From Clostridia bacterium (GTDB lineage Bacteria > Bacillota > Clostridia > Oscillospirales > CAG-272): a stretch of 37,085 nucleotides of DNA. The notes beneath the pieces are model-generated. The model ran no database searches. It was not told where the DNA came from and saw nothing but the letters and a program-made list of their open reading frames with translations. Both the position numbers and the translations under genes were made by a program. Of the stretch, positions 1-6,506 are shown piece by piece (the first letter of the stretch is position 1; each line of letters opens with the position of its first letter). Location: positions 1 to 37,085 of the forward strand of contig JAFTKF010000148.1 in NCBI GenBank assembly GCA_017453405.1, in the 5' to 3' direction.

Positions 1-983
1 GTAACGATTATAGACCCAATATCACTTTCAATAGTTATAAAACCTGTGCGTTGCTCGCCGGCGTTTTCGTCAACGTATACTGTGATTTTTTTATTGCTGG
101 TTCCTCCGTCAGGAGATAGATGAATCCATTTTTTTGAAGCAGTGGCAGTCCATTGGTGACTGGAGGTCAAATCAATATAACCTGTACCCCCATCAGCTTC
201 AAAACTAAGTTCTTCGACATCGGCAATCAATTCTGGAGAAATATCAATGTGTATGGAAATGGAATCCCACTTTGAGTAAACATCGCCACAATATGCACGC
301 ACCTTAAATTTATAGGAATATCCAACTTTAAAAGTATCACCATCTATTGTAATTTTACGTTTAGAGGATGTAGTTCCTGATATTGAGCCATCATCAATGA
401 GCTTATCTAAATAATTTGTAGATGATTCATAAAGTTCCCATTGAAAACCTTCTGCATCCGATACAGTCCCCCACTTAAATGTAATATCTTCTCCAGCGTA
501 AAACGTGTCGTCTTCATCTGGAGAGTTTATGCTCGGCGCATCCAATTCGATTTCAGGCAGTGTGCTGGCATACTGTGTACCATTGACGACCTCATCCCTG
601 TCGCTTGCGTCTTTTGCAGTACCTGTGGAATTAACCGCATAAAAGTAATACCAAATTGTGGTATTCGGTTGCAATCCTGTTAATTCAAATTCCACTTCCT
701 TACCGGTTGTCAGATGCCCAGACCATTCTTTGGTTTCGGATGTTGAGCCGCCGACAATACCATATTGGAAGCCATATCTTTTAATCTCTGATCCGCCGTT
801 CGCTGTTATTTTTCCTCTAAGTGTTACAGCGCTGGTAGAATAGCTCTCAATAGGGGACAAAGTAACCGCTCCCGGCACAGTTCCGTCTTCCGCCCATACT
901 GCAAACGGCGGAATTGCCGCGAAAACCGATGTTACCATCACCACAGCAAGAAACAGGCTCAAAATTCTGCTTTTTATTTTCAT
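1..983 (-). CDS. Secreted cell-surface protein, partial (3' end runs off the left edge): signal peptide, FN3-like repeats, BACON-like C-terminal module
   Basis: Absent from the ORF track because no stop lies in the window. I checked the minus-strand frame codon by codon from ATG (981-983) down to position 3 and found no stop. RBS GGAGGA is the complement of 991-996. The N-terminus MKIKSRILSLFLAVVMVTSVFAAIPPFAVWA looks like a signal peptide. The segment LSFEADGGTGYIDLTSSHQWTATASKKWIHLSPDGGTSNKKITVYVDENAGEQRTGFITI resembles BACON domains. Confidence 0.6.
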   Translation of the reverse strand, partial: MKIKSRILSLFLAVVMVTSVFAAIPPFAVWAEDGTVPGAVTLSPIESYSTSAVTLRGKITANGGSEIKRYGFQYGIVGGSTSETKEWSGHLTTGKEVEFELTGLQPNTTIWYYFYAVNSTGTAKDASDRDEVVNGTQYASTLPEIELDAPSINSPDEDDTFYAGEDITFKWGTVSDAEGFQWELYESSTNYLDKLIDDGSISGTTSSKRKITIDGDTFKVGYSYKFKVRAYCGDVYSKWDSISIHIDISPELIADVEELSFEADGGTGYIDLTSSHQWTATASKKWIHLSPDGGTSNKKITVYVDENAGEQRTGFITIESDIGSIIV

Positions 984-1000
984 TCCATCGTCCTCCTTGA

Positions 1001-1681
1001 TTATTTCACGGTAACTTTACCGCTCACAATTTCAAATGTGATATTGGTTTCGGAGATATCATACACATCATCCGCCTGATAGCTCAGTGTAATGGGATGT
1101 GCGCCGACTTTGGCGTCGTCCTGCACCGTGAATGTCAGCGTGGCAAGGACAAAATCGTCCTCGGCGTTTGCCAAGCCGTTGATCCAGTACAGCTTGATCG
1201 GGCTGTCCATCGTCTGCGGCTGTACCGTATTGCCGCCGACCGTATGATTATAGTCCACCTTGGTCAAGGTCAAAGCGGTGTTGTCGAATGCGACCGACAA
1301 AATAATGGAGGCGACCCCCGGGTTATTCTTCAGCTGAATTGTGACCTTGACGGTATCACCTGCCTTTGCCGTTACGGAAGAAGCCTCGAAGCGCGGGGCG
1401 GTCGAGCTTTCCTGATACATCGCCGTAACCGTCAGATGGGAAGTCACCGCATCAAAGCTTTTGTCCCATCCGACAAATTCATAGCCTTCACGGGTGGGCG
1501 GCGTGGGCGCACTTGCCGCCTTGCCGCTTTCCACGCTGACCGTGGATCAGATCGCGCCGTCATAATCCTTGAAGGTGACCGTATACGTGGGATTCGAAGG
1601 GGTTGTCCCGATACACGCTGTCAGTACACACACAAGCACGAGACACGAAAGAACCGCTATACCTTTGGGAAAATTTTTCAT
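1001..1681 (-). pseudogene. Lipoprotein with a Listeria-Bacteroides (Flg_new) repeat and a cohesin-like domain, interrupted by an in-frame TGA at 1547-1549
   Basis: ATG at 1679-1681 follows RBS GAGGAG. MKNFPKGIAVLSCLVLVCVLTAC carries a lipobox. YTVTFKDYDGAI-TGA-STVSVESGKAASAPTPPTREGYEFVGWDK is one continuous repeat split by the stop. The C-terminal 130 aa (GDTVKVTIQLKNNPGVASIILSVAFDNTALTL...) are cohesin-like. The ORF track shows only the 1001-1534 fragment, starting at a GTG. Confidence 0.6.
1547..1549 (-). other. In-frame TGA stop codon inside the Flg_new repeat
   Basis: The plus strand reads tca at 1547-1549. This is 44 codons after the ATG at 1681 and in frame with ORF 1001-1534. Confidence 0.9.
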
Positions 1682-1943
1682 ATCATTGCTCCTCTTGAAT
1701 GGATTCTGATGCATTCTTTGCATCATTTATCAATATAATATCACAATATGAGATGAATGTCAATATCTCCTAGTGAGATTTTTGTATTAAAATTATACAA
1801 TTCTACAAGTATTCTGAAACTTTCGACACCGTTTTTTCGGTGTTAGCCTTCGGATTTGCGCCATTTCCCGTCATATCGCATCATATCAGGTCACTCGGTC
1901 TTGACCCGATACGGCATGACAATCGCCAAGGCGCAAAAAGCTA

Positions 1944-1972
1944 TTGACCGCAGGGGGATTTTGTTGTATAAT
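1944..1972 (+). promoter_or_regulatory. Sigma-70-type promoter TTGACC-17-TATAAT upstream of the sigma/serpin operon
   Basis: ttgacc at 1944-1949, 17-nt spacer, tataat at 1967-1972. This implies a leader of about 155 nt. Confidence 0.5.
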
Positions 1973-2132
1973 GAAAAGGGCGACAGTAGTGTTATGCTTG
2001 CTTTTTTGGTACAGTGCGCTATGATGAACATAGTAAGAATTTTAAAAATTTTCAAAAATCCGTGACCAACGGTGATTTTTTGCGATAGATAGGGTGAGGG
2101 GCAATCGCCGAAACCATTGGGAGGTATAGAGA

Positions 2133-2687
2133 ATGGAAGATCACGAAATCATCGCATTGTATGAAGCGCGCAATACCGATGCGATCGAAAAGACCCGCGA
2201 AAAATACGGCAAGCTTTGCTATCGGGTCGCTTATCATCTTTTGCATTCGCGTGAGGATGCCGAGGAGTGCGAAAACGATGCCTATCTGGATGCTTGGCAC
2301 GCAATTCCTCCCCAAAAGCCCGATCCCTTGTCGGCGTTTATGGCAATGCTGTCGCGACGCCGTGCGCTGGATCGTTACCGTAAGCGGACTGCTGAAAAAC
2401 GGCAGTATGTCTGTCTTTCACTTGCCGAACTGGATGAATGTATTCCCGACGGCAGGGCGTTCGACGAGACACTTTCGGAAAAGACACTTGTTGATATTCT
2501 CAATCGCTTTTTAAAAGAGCTGGACGAAGAGGAATGCGACATCTTTCTGCGCCGCTATTGGTATATGGATAACATCAAGGCAATTGCGCTTCGTTATGGC
2601 TATGGGCTGAGCCGCGTGAAAATGATTCTGAAACGCACGCGGGAGAAGCTTCTCAAAACGCTTGAAAGGGAGGGTATTTTCATATGA
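2133..2687 (+). CDS. RNA polymerase sigma-70 family factor, ECF-like (regions 2 and 4)
   Basis: 184 aa. RBS GGGAGG lies 8 nt upstream. Region-2-like segment EDAEECENDAYLDAWHAI; region-4 HTH DNIKAIALRYGYGLSRVKMILKRTREKL. Confidence 0.85.
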   Translation: MEDHEIIALYEARNTDAIEKTREKYGKLCYRVAYHLLHSREDAEECENDAYLDAWHAIPPQKPDPLSAFMAMLSRRRALDRYRKRTAEKRQYVCLSLAELDECIPDGRAFDETLSEKTLVDILNRFLKELDEEECDIFLRRYWYMDNIKAIALRYGYGLSRVKMILKRTREKLLKTLEREGIFI

Positions 2688-4108
2688 AATCCGATACATT
2701 ACAAAATGCACTGGGCGCGATCGATCCCGCTCTCGTTGCCCGTGCCGATCAAATGCCGAAGCGAGCGAGAAAACGCAAGCTTCGCATGGCATCGCTCGTC
2801 GCGGCAATGCTTGCGCTTGCCATCGGGCTTGGCGCGATCTTCGGCGGCGGCAGTGTTGTGCCGAGCCGCTACACATTGGCGGCGGCAATTTATCCCACAA
2901 TGGCACCATATCCCAAGGGGGAATGGCTGCCGGGCTTTGAATCCCGTTATGACGCGTGGCGGGACAGCATCAAAGAACGCCGCGCCTATTTCGGAAGCGG
3001 CAAGGATCTTGGCGACTTCTTTTCGCAAACCGCCTCGGCATTTCTTGCCGATAGCGGCGACGACAACCTTGTCTATTCACCGCTCAATGTCTATATGGCG
3101 CTCAGTATGCTGGCTGAGGTCACCGATACGGACACCCGCAAGGAAATCCTCACACTGCTTGGCTGTGACAGCATCGAAATGCTTCGCACCAAGGCAAACG
3201 CGATCTGGAACGCCAATTATTCCAATGACGGTGCCGTCACCAGCATTCTCGCAAGCTCACTCTGGCTGAGCGACAGCCTTTCCTACAACACCGATACCGT
3301 CAAGACGCTCGCCGAGACCTATTATGCCTCGTCCTTCAGCGGTAAAATGGGCAGTGCGGGCTATGACAAGGCATTCAGAAACTGGCTGAACGAGCAAACC
3401 GGCGGACTCTTGAAGGAGTATATCGATGAACTCAGCTTCACCCCCGAGACCCTGATGGCAATGGCGACCACCGTCTATTTCCAAGCCAAATGGGAAAATG
3501 AATTCCGCAAAAGCGAAAACCAAGACAAAATCTTTCACGCGCCGAGTGGGGATGTTACCTGCGAATTTATGCACGAGACCGAGGTCTACGGCGTTTATTA
3601 TTGGGGGGATTTGTTCTCCGCTACCCGCAAGCGCTTGGAGGACAGCGGCTATATGTGGTTGATCCTGCCCGACGAGGGTGTGACCTTCACCGAGCTTTTG
3701 CAAAGCGAAGAAGCGCTTCTGTTTCTTTCGTCAAACGGCGAGTGGGAGAACAAAAAAACGCTGAAGGTCAATCTGGCAGTTCCGAAATTCGAGGTATCAT
3801 CAAAGCTGGATCTTGCCAAAGGGCTGAAAGCCCTTGGGATCACAAGCTGTTTTGACAGCCGCAGAGCTGATTTTTCACCGCTGTTTGAGGAAGACACCGA
3901 GGTGTATCTTTCGAAGATCGAGCACGGGGCAACGGTTGCCATCGATGAAGAGGGCGTGATTGCCGCCGCGTATGTGGCAATGATGATGGCAGGGGGGGCA
4001 GAGCCACCCGAGGATGAGATCGATTTCGTTCTTGACCGTCCGTTTCTGTTTGTCATTACGGGCAGTGACGGTTTGCCGCTCTTTATCGGTACAGTTAACC
4101 TGCCTTGA
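2684..4108 (+). CDS. Membrane-anchored serpin (anti-sigma-like N-terminal tail, TM helix, extracytoplasmic serpin domain)
   Basis: The ATG overlaps the sigma stop (ATGA at 2684-2687). TM helix MASLVAAMLALAIGLGAIF covers aa 35-53. Serpin core: NLVYSPLNVYMALSMLAEVT. Reactive-centre-loop hinge EEGVIAAAYV at aa 422-431 (nt 3947-), followed by DRPFLFVI. Confidence 0.85.
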   Translation: MKSDTLQNALGAIDPALVARADQMPKRARKRKLRMASLVAAMLALAIGLGAIFGGGSVVPSRYTLAAAIYPTMAPYPKGEWLPGFESRYDAWRDSIKERRAYFGSGKDLGDFFSQTASAFLADSGDDNLVYSPLNVYMALSMLAEVTDTDTRKEILTLLGCDSIEMLRTKANAIWNANYSNDGAVTSILASSLWLSDSLSYNTDTVKTLAETYYASSFSGKMGSAGYDKAFRNWLNEQTGGLLKEYIDELSFTPETLMAMATTVYFQAKWENEFRKSENQDKIFHAPSGDVTCEFMHETEVYGVYYWGDLFSATRKRLEDSGYMWLILPDEGVTFTELLQSEEALLFLSSNGEWENKKTLKVNLAVPKFEVSSKLDLAKGLKALGITSCFDSRRADFSPLFEEDTEVYLSKIEHGATVAIDEEGVIAAAYVAMMMAGGAEPPEDEIDFVLDRPFLFVITGSDGLPLFIGTVNLP

Positions 4109-4204
4109 TGCGAATATTGACGCGTTGTGACTGGATATGGTGCGATATGGTGAAAAAGGCGAGAAAACAGGAGGCTGTAACGCTCATCTTTTCATAAAAT
4201 GTGC

Positions 4205-4233
4205 TTGACAACGGTGGGAAAATGTGCTATACT
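4205..4233 (+). promoter_or_regulatory. Consensus promoter TTGACA-17-TATACT
   Basis: ttgaca at 4205-4210 and tatact at 4228-4233, about 50 nt upstream of the 4285 start. Confidence 0.7.
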
Positions 4234-4284
4234 GTACCAAGCTACGAAATGTAGCCTAAAACAGAATTCACAAGGAGAAGTACA

Positions 4285-4860
4285 ATGAAAAAATTACTTT
4301 GCACACTTGCTGTTCTGGTGCTCTTAGTCGGTACGCTCGTTGTTATGAGTGCTTGCGGCGGAGCAGATACGACGGCAGAAGCAACCACCACAGCACCCGT
4401 CACCACCGTTCCCGTGATCGAAGCACCGATTCCCGATGACTACACCCTGTATGACAACGGCGATATCAGCTTTGCTTATCCCGAATCGTGGGCAAAGACC
4501 GACGGCAGTACGGTACTGCTTCAGGATGCTGTCACCGGCAACAACATCACGGTGGTCTATGAAGCGAAGAACCCCATTTACGCAACGCTTGACCTCGATG
4601 CTTACAACGAGTCCTTCAAGCCTGCATTTGAAGCAATGGGTATGACGATCACCGACGCGGCGGTTGCACAGACCGAAAACGCTTCCGGTCTTGCCATCAC
4701 CAAGATCAGCCACACCGCCACGATGTCGGGCGTGACGATGAAGCAGACAATGTACATCGCAACGGTAGGCACGAAGTCGTATACCGTAACGGTTACCGAA
4801 GTCAAAGCCGACAGCACGCTGGTATCGACAGTATTCGACACCCTGAAAGAAGTTAAATAA
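4285..4860 (+). CDS. Lipoprotein of unknown function
   Basis: RBS AAGGAG. MKKLLCTLAVLVLLVGTLVVMSACGG carries a lipobox and is followed by a Thr-rich linker. The gene has its own promoter and terminator. Confidence 0.7.
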   Translation: MKKLLCTLAVLVLLVGTLVVMSACGGADTTAEATTTAPVTTVPVIEAPIPDDYTLYDNGDISFAYPESWAKTDGSTVLLQDAVTGNNITVVYEAKNPIYATLDLDAYNESFKPAFEAMGMTITDAAVAQTENASGLAITKISHTATMSGVTMKQTMYIATVGTKSYTVTVTEVKADSTLVSTVFDTLKEVK

Positions 4861-4861
4861 C

Positions 4862-4899
4862 AAAAATCAACCGCTGTGCTTGCATAGCGGTTGATTTTT
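4862..4899 (+). terminator. Rho-independent terminator
   Basis: aaaaatcaaccgct (4862-4875) pairs with agcggttgattttt (4886-4899), and the 3' arm ends in a T-run. Confidence 0.75.
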
Positions 4900-4919
4900 G
4901 CATCGGGATATGGTATACT
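4891..4919 (+). promoter_or_regulatory. Promoter TTGATT-17-TATACT with an extended -10 (TGG), for the TIR gene
   Basis: ttgatt at 4891-4896 overlaps the 3' arm of the terminator. tatact at 4914-4919. Confidence 0.6.
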
Positions 4920-4939
4920 GAAGAAAAGGGGGCGATGGG

Positions 4940-5947
4940 ATGTTATATATCATTTACGGCTTAACTTCGGTTGTTGGCAAGGTCAGTCGACAGTATTTTA
5001 TGGGTCGCGGCATCAAGCAGATTGAAAAAATCACGTTTGAGACCGAAAACGTGCGTGTGCAACCGAGTGACGGGATTCTGCGCCGTGCGAAGAGTGAAAA
5101 AGAGGTCAGAGCCTGCGATTACGTTTATGAAAATCACGGCAGACTGGTGGGCTTCACGATGACGCAGATCGAAGAAGCGATTTCGGGCAGGCAGGATGCG
5201 TTTTTGACCTTTTCGTCCTATGACCTGTCATTTTTACGCGAGATCAAGGATGCCTGCGGCGAGCACGTGGCGATCATCTATGCGTTTTTGGAGGATGAAG
5301 CCCTGAAACGCCTGACCGATGCCATCGACACCGATGACGGGCAGAAAAGAGAACGCCTTCTGATGGGTCGCGCCATCAAGGAGCGCTATCTTGCCGAGCG
5401 CGAGCTGTTTGACGAGACGGTGATCTACTGCGGAGAAGATACGCAGTTCGATCTGGAAAGCCTGAAGGGGCAGTATGCACATATTATTCAGAAGTATAAG
5501 GGGCTTGAAAAAGAGCCGGTCCCTCTGCCGTACAAGGGCAACAAGCCCTATATTTTCGTCAGCTACGCGCGGGATGACAGCGACCGTGTGATTCCGTATC
5601 TGCGTATTTTGCAGAAGCGCGGCTGTCGCATCTGGTATGACAAAGGCATCAAAGCAGGCGATAACTGGATGACAACGCTGGCAATGAAGATCAAGGGCTG
5701 TGCGCAGTATCTTTTGTTCTCCTCCGAGATCTCAACGAAGTCAGTCTGGACACGCCGCGAAGCCTCGCGCGCCCTGCAATACCCTGAGCTTTCGATTCTG
5801 ACCGTGCGTATGGACAACGCCCGTTTTGACGAGGGTCTTGAATGGGGTCTTCAGGAATATCAGCAGCTCTTTATGAACGACCCCGACTTCGAATCCGATC
5901 TTCTGGAAAGCATCTCCGATGAAGTCATCGAACGAATCGGCGACTGA
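4940..5947 (+). CDS. TIR-domain protein with a degenerate guanylate-kinase-like N-terminal domain
   Basis: 335 aa. The TIR domain spans aa ~203-312: KPYIFVSYARDDSDRVIPYLRILQKRGCRIWYDKGIKAGDNW...LLFSSEISTKSVWTRREASRAL. The N-domain is co-linear with guanylate kinase but carries the non-canonical loop GLTSVVGK. Confidence 0.8.
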   Translation: MLYIIYGLTSVVGKVSRQYFMGRGIKQIEKITFETENVRVQPSDGILRRAKSEKEVRACDYVYENHGRLVGFTMTQIEEAISGRQDAFLTFSSYDLSFLREIKDACGEHVAIIYAFLEDEALKRLTDAIDTDDGQKRERLLMGRAIKERYLAERELFDETVIYCGEDTQFDLESLKGQYAHIIQKYKGLEKEPVPLPYKGNKPYIFVSYARDDSDRVIPYLRILQKRGCRIWYDKGIKAGDNWMTTLAMKIKGCAQYLLFSSEISTKSVWTRREASRALQYPELSILTVRMDNARFDEGLEWGLQEYQQLFMNDPDFESDLLESISDEVIERIGD

Positions 5948-5956
5948 TACAAGTAT

Positions 5957-6001
5957 AAAACCGCATCCCGACCAATTCCCGTTGGTCGGGGTGCGGTTTT
6001 A
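5957..6001 (+). terminator. Rho-independent terminator
   Basis: aaaaccgcatcccgaccaa (5957-5975) pairs with ttggtcggggtgcggtttt (5982-6000) with one G-U wobble, followed by a T-run. Confidence 0.8.
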
Positions 6002-6032
6002 TGAGAGAGAATCAAGGAGAAGGCGGCAGGAT

Positions 6033-6054
6033 CTCGGCGCGGATATGTGGTTTT
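6033..6054 (+). repeat. Intergenic repeat A, copy 1 (ctcggcgcggatatgtggtttt)
   Basis: 21 of 22 nt identical to the reverse complement of 9158-9179. Confidence 0.8.
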
Positions 6055-6062
6055 GAAACGAA

Positions 6063-6113
6063 GATTCAATCAAAAATTACCACAGAAGCCAAAAATAAGA
6101 AAAATTGTAGGGA
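6063..6113 (+). repeat. Intergenic repeat B, copy 1 (gattcaatcaaaaattaccacagaagcc...aaaattgtaggga)
   Basis: About 50 nt, in direct orientation and roughly 85% identical by eye to 15926-15975. Confidence 0.8.
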
Positions 6114-6189
6114 TTGCGGTTGGATTTTTGTATTCCTACACCCGGAGCAAATCGGTCGCGATTACATACCCAAGTGTTGATGGGGCGCG

Positions 6190-6210
6190 GACAGAGAACG
6201 CTTGTCCCTA
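6190..6210 (-). repeat. 21-nt module tagggacaRgcgtYctctgtc, inverted copy
   Basis: The reverse complement of 6190-6210 matches 15970-15990 at 19 of 21 positions. Confidence 0.7.
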
Positions 6211-6258
6211 TCGAAAATCTTGATTTTTTCTTTTCAATTCAATTTAAAATTACCGCCT

Positions 6259-6314
6259 GAAAAACAAATGCGCCGTTTTCAAACGCTGTCAGGGGGTGAA
6301 GGTTTGAAAACGGC
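6259..6314 (-). terminator. Rho-independent terminator of the AEC transporter gene (hairpin i of repeat C)
   Basis: gccgttttcaaac (6272-6284) pairs with gtttgaaaacggc (6302-6314). On the minus strand the stem is followed by gcatttgttttt. Confidence 0.7.
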
Positions 6315-6493
6315 TGATTTTGATAAAAGATATTGTTTTTCTTGGGGTGCTTTTTGAAAAAAGCTCCCGGAGTTGTTTACAACTCCAAATCCCACAAAAA
6401 CTTTTGAAATGGGTGGCAGAGGCGGTGTGTCAGCGAAAGCTTTTGCAACAAGTGACAGAGATATTGTATCAGCGAAAGCTTTTGAAATGGGTG
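6266..6493 (-). repeat. Repeat C, copy 1: conserved 3'-UTR element (39-bp tandem units, hairpin ii, terminator hairpin i)
   Basis: Aligns along its length with the reverse complement of 15628-15816. The 39-bp units start at 6401, 6440 and 6479. The element begins 13 nt after the AEC stop at 6507. Confidence 0.8.
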
Positions 6494-6506
6494 TTTCGGT
6501 CGGGTT

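Noticed and set aside
441-843. Two + strand ORFs (80 and 61 aa) in the AT-rich first kilobase
   Set aside because: The minus strand carries an uninterrupted 327-codon frame with an RBS, a signal peptide and domain-like repeats. The + strand ORFs are short and overlap each other out of frame.
1547-1549. TGA as evidence of an alternative genetic code (TGA read as Trp or Gly) or selenocysteine
   Set aside because: TGA terminates well-supported genes in this window (2685-2687, 23768-23770, 8941-8943). I could see no SECIS-like hairpin immediately downstream. The repeat consensus calls for a hydrophobic residue at that position, not Cys/Sec.
4940-5500. Calling the N-terminal domain of the TIR protein an active guanylate or nucleoside kinase
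   Set aside because: The P-loop GLTSVVGK does not fit GxxxxGK[ST], and the GMP-binding segment is missing. Only a fold-level resemblance is claimed.
6401-6493. 39-bp tandem units considered as a possible mini-CRISPR array
   Set aside because: There are only 2-3 contiguous units with no unique spacers between repeats. No cas genes are present, and the same units occur in a 3'-UTR context elsewhere.
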